The notes beneath the pieces were generated by a model. It ran no database searches and was not told the DNA's origin. It saw nothing but the letters and a program-made list of their open reading frames with translations. The translations under genes were made by a program, and so were the position numbers. A stretch of DNA of 64,000 nt from Spirochaetota bacterium (GTDB lineage Bacteria > Spirochaetota > UBA6919 > CBDBPB01), in contig CBDBPB010000001.1 of assembly GCA_965208615.1 (NCBI GenBank), forward strand, positions 93,725 through 157,724, in the 5' to 3' direction. Shown here piece by piece: positions 38,766 to 49,118 of the stretch. Every line of letters starts with the position of its first letter. Positions within the stretch are counted from its first letter, which is position 1.

Positions 38766-38972
38766 TTAATATATTGATTTACAATCTTTCTCATCAACAA
38801 TGGTACCACCACTTGCTTTACAAAGCTCTTCAGTAAAAATACTTGTTAAAGGAGTACATACTCCTTTAACAAGTGTTTTACATACTCTCTTAGTTGTACT
38901 ATCCTTACAACCAGTAAAAACTGTAATAGATAAAAATACAATTAATAAAAAGACATCACTAACTTTTTCAAT
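38766..38972 (-). CDS. Candidate 68-aa cysteine-rich lipoprotein with a non-canonical ATT start
   Basis: The reverse frame reads (M)EKVSDVFLLIVFLSITVFTGC KDSTTKRVCKTLVKGVCTPLTSIFTEELCKASGGTIVDEKDCKSIY. Lipobox VFTGC. AAGGAG lies 6 nt upstream of ATT 38972-38970. No ATG, GTG or TTG is in frame. Antisense to track ORF 38800-38994. Confidence 0.3.
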   Translation of the reverse strand: MEKVSDVFLLIVFLSITVFTGCKDSTTKRVCKTLVKGVCTPLTSIFTEELCKASGGTIVDEKDCKSIY

Positions 38973-39340
38973 TTCACACTCCTTAATTTTATAAGTTATT
39001 TGATTAACAGTTTATATATCAACCTTAATGACTAAATTATATAGCTATATGGTTTATTTTCTTTTGGTTAGTATAGTTAAAAACTTAATACATTCTTAAT
39101 AAAAATCAATAATTATTATATTATATTAATATGTTATTATATAATGTATATAACTTAATACCATATAGGGTTATAAGCTACTAGAGGTCAATTTAACAAA
39201 AGACATTTAAAACTAACAATTAATATAATTTAACTTTGCAAAAATAGATAAATATTTTATCTTTAACATAACATAAATAAATTATTTTAAGTTTAAACTA
39301 ACCATTTTAGTGCTATATCCTTTTAAATTAGGAAATTGTA

Positions 39341-39889
39341 ATGAAAAAATATAAAATTGTTTTTATATTAGCTTTAATATTTATAGCTCAAATAGCTAAT
39401 GCACAATTCAAGATTAGAGCTTATGGTACAGTAGGATATTCTACAGGTAATGCCTATGTTGGTGACGGCAATGCATTAAGTTATAGCGGCGGTATACAAG
39501 GGTTTTACCATATAAATAGATATATAAGCATAGGTGTTGATATCGCATATTTACACGCTTATACTGCAAAATACAACTCTCCAAATCCGTCCCAAACTAA
39601 ACCAGGTAATGCAAATTACTTATCTGCTCTTGTAGTTGCTGAGGGTTCCATTGCAAAAAACTTAATAGTCCTTCAATTAGGTGCAGGATATTATTTTGAT
39701 ATCGCAAACTATGATGGCCATAGACCCGGACTTATGGTCGGCTATGGACTAGATATACCAATAACTCTTGACCTATCAATACCAATTATGGGAAGAGCTG
39801 ATTTTATAATCGCTCCTGAAGGTGCTATACCATTAAGCATGTCCATTGGAATAACATATAGATTTGGATCACTATATAAAAACTGGTAG
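39341..39889 (+). CDS. Small outer-membrane beta-barrel protein (OmpW/OmpA-beta-barrel-like)
   Basis: Signal peptide ending ANA-Q and alternating amphipathic strands; 182 aa, with C-terminal ...ITYRFGSLYKNW. Confidence 0.7.
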   Translation: MKKYKIVFILALIFIAQIANAQFKIRAYGTVGYSTGNAYVGDGNALSYSGGIQGFYHINRYISIGVDIAYLHAYTAKYNSPNPSQTKPGNANYLSALVVAEGSIAKNLIVLQLGAGYYFDIANYDGHRPGLMVGYGLDIPITLDLSIPIMGRADFIIAPEGAIPLSMSIGITYRFGSLYKNW

Positions 39890-40157
39890 CTAAAATTACT
39901 TAATTTAAGATATCCTTAATATTACGGTTTAAAATTAGCAATAATTTGTCTTTCTATAAACTATATTCATTCTACAGTTAACTTATTAGCTGTAGACCTA
40001 TCTTAATCTTATAGTTTATCAATTTTTTTACTGTAAGTTTTTAAATATAAATATGCTTTATAATTGACTTTTATTATTATATGGTTATAATTATTTATTA
40101 TTATATGATTTTTTAAAATACATAGCTTATTATAATATTTTTTATTTAAATAACAAA

Positions 40158-41303
40158 ATGAAAATTATATTTATAAATTATGAATTCCCTCCTCTTGGTG
40201 GTGGAGCAGGCAATGCTTGTTATAACCTTGCAAAAGAAATAGTCAATAAAGGTCATGATGTTTTAGTTGTTACCTCTAAATTTAACAGTCAATCTAAAGC
40301 TAGCACAATAGACGGAATTAATATCATTAGAATACCAGTCATCAGAAAAAAACTGGAATCCGTTAGTATTTTTGAGCTTTTAACTTTTACCTTAAGTAGT
40401 ATATGGCATATCCCTAGTATTGCTAAAAAGTTTAAACCTGATAAAAATATTGCTATATTTGGTATTCCTTGTGGTATAACCGCTCTTTTATTAAAAAAGC
40501 TTTATAAAATCCCATATATTGTATCTCTTCGTGGTGCTGATGTACCAGGCTTTATTGAGCGTCAGGTTAGATTTTATCACTTTATTAGCAAAAAACTAAT
40601 TAAGCTTATATGGAAAGAGGCTAGCAATGTAACTTGTAATAGTAATGGTCTAAAAAAGCTGGCATGCAATACATTAAAAAATATTGATATTAGAGTTATT
40701 CCAAATGGAGTAGACTCAAATTTCTTTAGCTCTAATGGTAATCATAATAAAAAAATAACTATACTATATGTTGGTAGGCTATCAAAGCAAAAAGGCCTTA
40801 ATAACCTAATAGAACCCATTAAAGCTCTTAAACAAAAAAGTAATATACCATTCCAACTAAACATAGTAGGTGATGGTCCTGAAAAAAAGCAGCTTATACA
40901 AAAGTTTAAACAAAATAAACTTGATGACATTGTTAAATTCTCAGGATGGATAAATAAAGCAGAACTAATAAAACAATATCAAAGCGCCTCAATATTCCTA
41001 TTCCCTTCTTTAAGTGAAGGAATGCCCAATGCTATACTAGAGGCAATGGCATCAGGATTGCCCATAATAGCTACTAAAGTAGCTGGTAACGAAGAACTTG
41101 TACGTAATAACGAAAATGGCTACTTAGTCCCAATAAACAATAGCAAAATATTAACAGATAAACTAATCGACCTAATAGAATGTCCCAATAAAATGCGTGA
41201 AATGGGTAAAAGAAGTCGTCACATAGCTAAAACAGAGTATACATGGGAATATATGGCTAATGAGTATATCAAACTAAGTAAAAATACTATAACTAAAAAC
41301 TAA
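40158..41303 (+). CDS. GT4-family (GT-B) glycosyltransferase
   Basis: N-terminal FPPLGGGAGNA and C-terminal EGMPNAILEAMASGLPIIATKVAGNEELV. Confidence 0.9.
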   Translation: MKIIFINYEFPPLGGGAGNACYNLAKEIVNKGHDVLVVTSKFNSQSKASTIDGINIIRIPVIRKKLESVSIFELLTFTLSSIWHIPSIAKKFKPDKNIAIFGIPCGITALLLKKLYKIPYIVSLRGADVPGFIERQVRFYHFISKKLIKLIWKEASNVTCNSNGLKKLACNTLKNIDIRVIPNGVDSNFFSSNGNHNKKITILYVGRLSKQKGLNNLIEPIKALKQKSNIPFQLNIVGDGPEKKQLIQKFKQNKLDDIVKFSGWINKAELIKQYQSASIFLFPSLSEGMPNAILEAMASGLPIIATKVAGNEELVRNNENGYLVPINNSKILTDKLIDLIECPNKMREMGKRSRHIAKTEYTWEYMANEYIKLSKNTITKN

Positions 41304-42633
41304 CCCTAGCCTTTATATATATAGTCTGTTCTGTAAGGTCTATTGCCCCCAATCGGCCATCATACTCAGAGCCATTAGAGCCAAACATTAAATATGCCCC
41401 TATCCAAAAGTCAAGGTTATCTAAAGCCGCTATCTTAAGCTCTGGAACTATAACAAAACTTAGATCATTACAATTTAGTATAACAGAAAGACTTGTGGTA
41501 TAAAGATAAGCCCACTCCTTACTCATAAACAAAAATAAATAGTCCTGAGCCAAAAATACTGCCTTGCCAGATAATAAATCATTAGCATTATAACTAGCCT
41601 TACTCTTTGCACCTGCACCATTACGCAAATACTCTATTCGTACTCTAAGGCCTATGTCAAACAAATAATCAATGCCTATGAGTCCTACAAATACATGATC
41701 AAAATGTGTAGGACTAAAATTACTGTCAGGAAGACGAAATGAAAACTCACCGTATATACCAATCTCAATCTCACCAGAAAAATCAAAGGTAGCATAGTGA
41801 GAACGCTCATAAGACTGAGAATTGTAAAAAACCTCTCTGGCATAGCCTATGGACATATCCCATCCATTAACGCTAGTCCTAAACTTTATCCCAAGAGGTA
41901 TGTTCCTAAACTGTGCATCGTCTATCACAGGAAAGTTCTTATGGGAACGATCCTCCATAGCAATGTATAGCCTAATGCCTGTATCTTTGGCAATGTCAAA
42001 GTGCATAGCAATAGCAACAGTACCTAAAAGCTGATCAGACGGAGATAAATAATTCTTACTATTCACTTTATCGCTAGGATTAACAAAATAACCAGTCCCC
42101 CACGCAATAACAAACTTACCCGCACTCAAATGAAACCATGACCAGTCAGCCGAAAAATAAGCCTGATCAACTAAAATATTCTGATTATAGTCAGTACCAA
42201 AACTCGCATTCTTGCTAAGCTGACCCCTGTCAAGTAAACCCCAGCCATCAGCACGAACCAACGGATTAGAAAGCCCTATATATCCCTGATACAAAAACTC
42301 AGAGTGGATAACTATATCTTTTTCAACCTGCCAGTTAAGCTTTAGCCTAAGCTCACCCAAAAAACCATAGCGTAATCTATCCCTAATAGGTTTATCAGAC
42401 TTATCCTGAACAAATGTATAAAAGCTAGTATTTAAATATCCAGATATCTCAAACTTTTTATCCCCAGTCTTCTGATCTAGACTATCAGCACCAGAAAAGT
42501 CTAATGCCTCCTTTGGTATATCAGTAATAGCCTCCTTTGGTATATCAGTGTTAGAGTGCTTTTTAGTATTATCCTCTTGTCCGTATAAAATGCCACTAAG
42601 CAAAATACAAAGCAATATAAAAAATAACCGCAT
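41293..42633 (-). CDS. Outer-membrane beta-barrel (porin-like) protein, last gene of the MMPL/LolA-like operon
   Basis: Signal peptide, tandem TDIPKEA x2, a long beta-rich body, and terminal ...IYIKARVSF. Confidence 0.7.
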   Translation of the reverse strand: MRLFFILLCILLSGILYGQEDNTKKHSNTDIPKEAITDIPKEALDFSGADSLDQKTGDKKFEISGYLNTSFYTFVQDKSDKPIRDRLRYGFLGELRLKLNWQVEKDIVIHSEFLYQGYIGLSNPLVRADGWGLLDRGQLSKNASFGTDYNQNILVDQAYFSADWSWFHLSAGKFVIAWGTGYFVNPSDKVNSKNYLSPSDQLLGTVAIAMHFDIAKDTGIRLYIAMEDRSHKNFPVIDDAQFRNIPLGIKFRTSVNGWDMSIGYAREVFYNSQSYERSHYATFDFSGEIEIGIYGEFSFRLPDSNFSPTHFDHVFVGLIGIDYLFDIGLRVRIEYLRNGAGAKSKASYNANDLLSGKAVFLAQDYLFLFMSKEWAYLYTTSLSVILNCNDLSFVIVPELKIAALDNLDFWIGAYLMFGSNGSEYDGRLGAIDLTEQTIYIKARVSF

Positions 42634-42651
42634 AAATAATGTAAACCCCTA

Positions 42652-43407
42652 TTAATTAGAATCCAGCCTGTTAGAGTCAAATAAACTACTCTTAACAGCT
42701 ACATCCAAAACAACCTTTACTATCTTAAAAATAGTCTTGGAACCCTTTCTATAATTAACCATAGTAGCAGTCATAGGCATATAATAACCCTTTATACTTT
42801 TGTAGTTCAAAAGAAAAAGGGATTTTAAAAAACCTCCACCATCATAATAATTAATCTGATTAATATGATATAAGTCCTTCTTAACTATAACAACTAACCT
42901 CTTATATGCATGATAACGCTTTTTAGGTATAAGCTCTATGGTCCAAGCTTTTTTGTTTTGTGATAATATTTTTGATTTGTAATCCTTATCCATATCCCCC
43001 CTTGTCATGTCCTGATAACTAAAATCACCCCCAATACCCTCAACAGACTTCTTCTTTGAATAAGATGCAATCTTACGCTTACGCCCACTAGAAGGCCAGT
43101 ACATCCAAATATCATCACCCCTTATTAACATTTTAATCCCCTTTGCACTGTTCGGATAAACATACTTATTAAAAGATATATCCTTGCCCATAGAATAACC
43201 GATCATCTTAATAATCCTATAACTCTTTGTATTCTTCATATTAGGATATACAATCATAGCATACTGTCCAGCACTAGTCTTATAACTCTCTAAAGAGTCC
43301 ACCTTTTTTATAATATCCCTCGCAGTCAATGAAAATATATCACCATTAACCACCATAATAATAAGTGCAATATAAATAACCCTAAAATACTTAACTAAAT
43401 TATGCAT
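42652..43407 (-). CDS. LolA-like outer-membrane lipoprotein-sorting-type protein
   Basis: Start moved to the ATG at 43407 (MHNLVKYF), 7 nt after AAGGAG. W.YWPSSGRKRKI.......GGDFSYQD matches the LolA-like family pattern W.Y.P...r..ri...SF.GsDFsyeD. Confidence 0.75.
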   Translation of the reverse strand: MHNLVKYFRVIYIALIIMVVNGDIFSLTARDIIKKVDSLESYKTSAGQYAMIVYPNMKNTKSYRIIKMIGYSMGKDISFNKYVYPNSAKGIKMLIRGDDIWMYWPSSGRKRKIASYSKKKSVEGIGGDFSYQDMTRGDMDKDYKSKILSQNKKAWTIELIPKKRYHAYKRLVVIVKKDLYHINQINYYDGGGFLKSLFLLNYKSIKGYYMPMTATMVNYRKGSKTIFKIVKVVLDVAVKSSLFDSNRLDSN

Positions 43408-43408
43408 A

Positions 43409-46396
43409 CTAATTCTCCTTAGTTTTTCTGAAAACATAAATCAAACTGGTTAACAATAACAAAGACGTTAAAAAGAATCCAATAACTCCGTAACTTAAAC
43501 TCGCTGCAAAGCCCTGAAACCCCTTATAAGAACCTAAAATAGCAATAGTACCAAATGCAAAAATATTAGTCATAGATGTTAAAAATATACTCCTTCCAGT
43601 ATATCGCAAAACTAATACAGGATTATCATCACCCTCAACCCTAAACCTATGAATAATATGAACGCCATCATCAATACCAATTCCCAATATAATAGGCAAT
43701 ACCATAATATTAAAAAAATCAATCTTAAAACCAAGTATATGCATAATACCCATCATCCATATAAAACCAAAAACCAAGGGTATTATACCCAAAATAGTAT
43801 ATTTAATACTCCTAGTATAAAGCATAAGCAAAATAATAATGACAGTGAGAGCTAAAAGTACAGATCTATAACCCTCCTTAGAGAACATATCAATTACCTC
43901 AAGCATAATCATAGGCATACCAGTGAAATCATGATATTCATTGACATCCTTTTCCAGTAAGGCCTCAGCACTCACTATCTTATTCTTAATAGCCTTCTGA
44001 CTCTCCTCTTCCTTTTGCACGTCAACCTTAAAATCATCACTCAATACAAAATCACTATCGCCCTTAAGGTCAATATTAGCCTTAGGAATAATCTTAATAG
44101 CCTTATCCTTAGGTTCATCCACTAACTCAACTATACTATCATCCTCAGGCTTTAAATGACGAATCTTAATATCATCAAATAAGTCCCTCGTAGACTCCAA
44201 TATTCTTTGATCCAAAACGTTCTTGTTAATATAAATACTACAAAGTATATACTTGCCATCCTTTGATATATACTGCTTTTTAATATCACTAGGTAAATCG
44301 TCAAGCCTTAGCACCTCTTTAGGTGATGCCAACAACATAACAGCCTTATCCATCTCATTAGCAAAAGCCATAGATAAGTTGTTCAAAAGCCTAATATTAC
44401 GTTCCCTATTGCTGTTTATAAGGCCTATTAATGCTTTAAAAATATCCTTATTGCCCTTTATCATTATGTTACGCTTTTTCATAACCCTTGAGTCGTCCCC
44501 AAAGGTTATGGACGTCATATCAGATAGTTCAAGTATATTATCCCTAAGACGATTTATCTCATTTATAAGACTACCCAAGTTATTAGACGTTATATTTATA
44601 GGCTTTGTCCTACCAGACTGACTTCTTAGCCTTTTTAGATGTTTAAGGTTGATCAGTTGCCTCTTTTGTGAGGGTACATAATGATGAATAGAGTCAACAA
44701 AGGCTATCATATCAATCTTTGGATTAAGAACATCAGTGATCCTCTTTGCCTTTTCTATTGCAGAAAGCTTATCCTTATATTTTAAGCCTTTAATATCTTT
44801 ATCAGTGTCATCCTTTAAGGCAATGGTAACATAGTCGGGAGACATATTAAACTTTTTCATAATCTTTCTATGGGCTATAACAGAATCAGCATTTTCAGGT
44901 TCAATCTCCAGCATGTCATATTGAAAGCTAGTCTTATTAGCAAAATATGCCATCACCAAAGTGACCGCAACAAACAATACAATTATAATCTTATTATACC
45001 TAATAATCAGCTTTCCCGTATTCTCAAGAAAACTATACTTTAAATATATCCTCGATTTAGAGTATGCAGTATCTTTCTTGTCCAGCCACACCATTATGGA
45101 CGGCAAAAAGGTTATCATGGATATTAAACATAACACTATACCACTACCTATAACTATTCCAAACTCGTTCATAACCTTAGCATTGGATAGTCCAAGGGTA
45201 TAAAAAGCAATGGCAGTAGTAAGCCCACCAACTATAACTCCCATACCTACTTTTGTAAATGAGTTTTCTAATGAGGTTTGTTTATTAAGTCCATTAGCCC
45301 TATCCTCAGTGTATTGAGTTATTATATGTATACCAAAATCCACCCCAAGACCCAAAAGTATTATACCAAACATATTAGTCATTGCATTCATTTGTCCGGA
45401 TATAATAGCAATTAAGCCAGCTGTCCAGCAAATAGCTACGATTAAAGATAGTATTACGAATATAGTTGCTCTTGGAGCCCTAAATGAAACTAAAAAAAGA
45501 ATTATTATAAGGATTACCGCTATTAAAGCAGGTATCTTCATATCCCGCATTAAATATATATATTCATCCTTCTGTAGCGCAAACGTACCCCCTAATCTTA
45601 CAACTATATTAGGATGATCTTTGCTATGGCGTTTAATAAAGTCGTCCAGAGCAAATATGAACTCATTACCTTCTTCGTAGTCGTTTATGGATATAGTAGG
45701 ACTAATACTAACTAATAACATCTTTCTATCAGGACTAAACTCCATAATCTCGCCAATAGTCATAAGCTCAGCCATCTTATAAGCCCTTTTATTAATGGAC
45801 ATAGACTCAGGATTCTTTAAATAATCCGTTATGGACTTTATAAATAACTCAAGTCCGGCTAAAGATCGCTCTATCGCTATCTCCTCCCTATTGCTATCAA
45901 TGGTTTCCTGCTTATACTTTCCTGTATAAGTCTTTTCCATATTGTCGTTATAGGCTTTAAAAAATGGTAAAAGATTAAGGTTCTCAAATAGGCTAACAGA
46001 GTTATCCGTTGTATTATTCTTAGCTATCAAAAGAGCGTATTTCTTTATAAAATCCTTGTTTTGCTCAAGCTTTATGTTTTTTACATACTTGGATAGCTTT
46101 TCATTTTGGTTAATCTTATTTGTGATAAACCGTGCAAAAGGTACTGTATGCTTTTCATCCCCCTCTATTAGCATGAATACAGAAGATGCACTCTGAAAGT
46201 TATCAATTATATTGTTAAATGCCTTAGTCTTTTTGCTATCTGGTAATAGGTCTTTAATGTTGGTTTTTATTTCTATATTAGTTGTGATAAGATAAACACC
46301 ACCTATAGCTAACATAAAGCTAACTATAACTATAGCTTTATAATATTTAAATATTAGCTTTGCCAAAGACCTCATAATATTAGTAGTAGTCTGCAT
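43409..46396 (-). CDS. MMPL/RND-superfamily exporter (HpnN/COG1033-like), 12 TM with two large periplasmic loops
   Basis: Two TM bundles carry GLGVDFGIHI and GIGIDDGVHIIHRF. 995 aa. Confidence 0.85.
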   Translation of the reverse strand: MQTTTNIMRSLAKLIFKYYKAIVIVSFMLAIGGVYLITTNIEIKTNIKDLLPDSKKTKAFNNIIDNFQSASSVFMLIEGDEKHTVPFARFITNKINQNEKLSKYVKNIKLEQNKDFIKKYALLIAKNNTTDNSVSLFENLNLLPFFKAYNDNMEKTYTGKYKQETIDSNREEIAIERSLAGLELFIKSITDYLKNPESMSINKRAYKMAELMTIGEIMEFSPDRKMLLVSISPTISINDYEEGNEFIFALDDFIKRHSKDHPNIVVRLGGTFALQKDEYIYLMRDMKIPALIAVILIIILFLVSFRAPRATIFVILSLIVAICWTAGLIAIISGQMNAMTNMFGIILLGLGVDFGIHIITQYTEDRANGLNKQTSLENSFTKVGMGVIVGGLTTAIAFYTLGLSNAKVMNEFGIVIGSGIVLCLISMITFLPSIMVWLDKKDTAYSKSRIYLKYSFLENTGKLIIRYNKIIIVLFVAVTLVMAYFANKTSFQYDMLEIEPENADSVIAHRKIMKKFNMSPDYVTIALKDDTDKDIKGLKYKDKLSAIEKAKRITDVLNPKIDMIAFVDSIHHYVPSQKRQLINLKHLKRLRSQSGRTKPINITSNNLGSLINEINRLRDNILELSDMTSITFGDDSRVMKKRNIMIKGNKDIFKALIGLINSNRERNIRLLNNLSMAFANEMDKAVMLLASPKEVLRLDDLPSDIKKQYISKDGKYILCSIYINKNVLDQRILESTRDLFDDIKIRHLKPEDDSIVELVDEPKDKAIKIIPKANIDLKGDSDFVLSDDFKVDVQKEEESQKAIKNKIVSAEALLEKDVNEYHDFTGMPMIMLEVIDMFSKEGYRSVLLALTVIIILLMLYTRSIKYTILGIIPLVFGFIWMMGIMHILGFKIDFFNIMVLPIILGIGIDDGVHIIHRFRVEGDDNPVLVLRYTGRSIFLTSMTNIFAFGTIAILGSYKGFQGFAASLSYGVIGFFLTSLLLLTSLIYVFRKTKEN

Positions 46397-46718
46397 TTTT
46401 ATATCCTTAATTTGTTAGCTTATTTATAGATAATGGCTTTTTATTATGAACAACTTACTTATTTTTTTTATTAGCATATCTAATTAAATTAATCACCCCT
46501 TGTTTATGAGGCAAGAAAAAAATATTTTTATGCTTTAATCAATTTAAAAAAACTTCTTAACTTAATTAAATAAAATATTTATAATGTATTGTCAAAGGTG
46601 TTTTTATATACTAATACTAGTATTTTATACACAAAATAAGTTGAACCTTTGTCTTAGTTTTTAATTTTTTTATTTTCATTAGCCGATTTAATAATAAATT
46701 AATTACATAAGGTAAGAT

Positions 46719-47963
46719 ATGTCAAAAGAAGCGTATAACCATTTTAGAGAACTAATTCAAGAGAATATTAGAGACGATAAAAATATTGAATTACAAAAAG
46801 GTCTTAATTACTATATAAACAATAACCTAGAAGAAATATCCTCTGGATTTGTACTCTCCAGACTAGAAAAAAATATTGCCAGAAAAGTCAATAAACATAG
46901 AGAAATAATATCTTTTTTTGTATCTACAGATGAGCTAATTAAGGCTATAAGTGCTCCTTCTCTAACAACTGCAGTTAGAGAGAAGATAAATAGTAATCTA
47001 AAAAAAATGATAGCTAATCTTTCCATCTTAAACGAGGAAACCTATCTTAATAATAAACTATTTAAAGTAGACATTCCTTTAGGAATATTCTCCACTACCA
47101 TAAATAACTTCTTTTTCTATTTTGACTACTATGATAATGCCTTATTAGATGGCTATATGGATATATATAAGAGCTTGTTATTACCAGAAATAGGAAAGTT
47201 CTATCACAAACCATCTATAAATAGACAAATAAATACTAAAAACTTTCAAATATGCTCACCCGAAAACTTTCTCAAAGAAAATGTTCTTAGAAAACCAGAC
47301 ATATATAACGTTAAAAAGCTTATTGAGTCCTTTTTAGCCAGCGTTAAAGATAGACGAAAAATCCTTAACTATGAAGATATTATCTTCATAAATAAAGTTA
47401 AAGTAGTCCAAACAGCAGTCTTTTTGCAAAATAAGGATGAAAAACCTGTTATAGAAGAAGCTGTTCCTAATATTTCTTCCATGGAGGTGATTCGTGAGTC
47501 AGAAGAAAAAGTTAGAAAGCTAATTTTCAATGTATTAAAAGGCTCAATAAAACAAAAAGAGTATGCAGGTTTTTTTATAAAAGAAGACTATATCGAATGG
47601 ATAGCAAAAAAGCATTCTGATGTTCCAATAGAAAGAGTAGAAACCATATTCGATAATATAACAACCCCTAAACCGCCTATTGGAGTAACACGGTTTATTA
47701 TACCTCAAACACAAGAACATAAACAACTGGTATATTTTATTGCTTTAGATCATGTTCCCATAGTCTTTGACAAGCTAAGAGCCAGAAAGAAAAAGCCATT
47801 TGATCTCTCATCTCATATCTCAGAAAGACACTATTTTCTATTTCTAAAAAAACTTATTAATGACTTTAGTAAAGTTGGTTATACATCCAGTAAAATTGCC
47901 TCTATTCTCAACTGTAATTCTAATGTCATAGACTCAATGAAGGAGTTTATTAAAAATTATTAA
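46719..47963 (+). CDS. Hypothetical 414-aa cytoplasmic protein
   Basis: Clean ORF with RBS-like AAGGTAAG upstream. No motif recognised. Confidence 0.6.
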   Translation: MSKEAYNHFRELIQENIRDDKNIELQKGLNYYINNNLEEISSGFVLSRLEKNIARKVNKHREIISFFVSTDELIKAISAPSLTTAVREKINSNLKKMIANLSILNEETYLNNKLFKVDIPLGIFSTTINNFFFYFDYYDNALLDGYMDIYKSLLLPEIGKFYHKPSINRQINTKNFQICSPENFLKENVLRKPDIYNVKKLIESFLASVKDRRKILNYEDIIFINKVKVVQTAVFLQNKDEKPVIEEAVPNISSMEVIRESEEKVRKLIFNVLKGSIKQKEYAGFFIKEDYIEWIAKKHSDVPIERVETIFDNITTPKPPIGVTRFIIPQTQEHKQLVYFIALDHVPIVFDKLRARKKKPFDLSSHISERHYFLFLKKLINDFSKVGYTSSKIASILNCNSNVIDSMKEFIKNY

Positions 47964-49118
47964 TCAGTTAGGCTTACTATTCTTTTTTTCCTTTTCAAGG
48001 AACATCCCAAGACTAACTATATATTTAACGTTTTCGTTTTCTATTTTACCTTTTTCTATATCACTATGGCATACTTTGCAATTTGCCTTACTCTTTACCC
48101 TTTCACTTTTAAAGACTTTTTTATCAATATCATTATGAGTCTTTTTCCAAAACGGAGTCTTAGTAATAGCAATTGTATTTTTATCCTTTAATGAGCTTAA
48201 AACCTTAACAGCCGCCTTATGCGTAGACAACTCCGAAGAGTTATTAAGCAAAAACTTAGTTATAGATTTATTTACGTCCTCATCAAGGGATGCGTCATCA
48301 CCAAAGTGATCCTCTAAGTTAGTCATCATAACCTTCCAAGAGTTAGCAGGCAAAAGATAAGGAGGATATAGCGTATGACAAGCAATACACTCATCATAAA
48401 AGTCTTTATGCACGCTCTCATAGTTAATAGGCGGCTTTGTATCAGAAATAAACATATTGTTAGGTACAGATAGTATATAAATCAACACAATAATAGCCAA
48501 CAAAAACCATATAAAACCAAAAAGACTATTTCCCCAACTAAGCTTAACATTATTACCTTGTCCTGACTTGTATCCATGAAAAATAGAGTAAAAGGCTTTT
48601 CCTTTGTGGAATATAAGATCAAATATTATACCAGCTAAATGACCCAATAACAAAAATAAAATTGAATTAGAAATAACCTCATGAAGATCTTCAAAAAACT
48701 CCATCTCACCAAACCAAGATGAATTTAAAAAACTAAAAATACCCCGTCCCTCTTCAGCACCATAAGCCAATAAACCAGTAACAGCAGATGCTAAAATAAA
48801 TAACAGAATAAACACCATTAAAAAACCTGCTAATGGATTATGACCCAAATAACTCTTAGCCTTAAAAATATTAGCAAGATGGTCTAGGACATCCTTAATG
48901 GTTAAATGAAAATCTTTAAAACTAGAATACTTTACGTTCATATATCCAAAGATAATCCTGAACAATACAAGAACACCAACACTAACTCCTAATGCAACAT
49001 GAAGCTTGATAAAACTATCCTCATCCCCTGTTAAAAAAAGAAAAAGTATCATAACAGCCATTAACCAATGAAAAAGCCTTGTAATAGCTGTCCAAACATA
49101 AACTCTATTATTAGCCAT
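47964..49118 (-). CDS. Fusion of prokaryotic cytochrome b561 (Ni_hydr_CYTB-type, 4-5 TM) with a C-terminal dihaem cytochrome c (DHC) domain
   Basis: N-terminus RVYVWTAITRLFHWLMAV with conserved TM histidines. C-terminus YDECIACHTLYPPYLLPANSWKVMMTNLEDHFGDDA plus CKVCH (two CxxCH). The start overlaps the upstream stop (TAATG). Confidence 0.85.
   Translation of the reverse strand: MANNRVYVWTAITRLFHWLMAVMILFLFLTGDEDSFIKLHVALGVSVGVLVLFRIIFGYMNVKYSSFKDFHLTIKDVLDHLANIFKAKSYLGHNPLAGFLMVFILLFILASAVTGLLAYGAEEGRGIFSFLNSSWFGEMEFFEDLHEVISNSILFLLLGHLAGIIFDLIFHKGKAFYSIFHGYKSGQGNNVKLSWGNSLFGFIWFLLAIIVLIYILSVPNNMFISDTKPPINYESVHKDFYDECIACHTLYPPYLLPANSWKVMMTNLEDHFGDDASLDEDVNKSITKFLLNNSSELSTHKAAVKVLSSLKDKNTIAITKTPFWKKTHNDIDKKVFKSERVKSKANCKVCHSDIEKGKIENENVKYIVSLGMFLEKEKKNSKPN

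Noticed and set aside
38800-38994. Listed 64-aa plus-strand ORF
   Set aside because: It has no RBS and no motif. The opposite strand gives a far more protein-like lipoprotein precursor, itself called only at low confidence.
39971-39996. 7-bp inverted repeat TCTACAG...CTGTAGA downstream of the small OMP gene
   Set aside because: The loop is 12 nt and no T-run follows, so it is not convincing as an intrinsic terminator.
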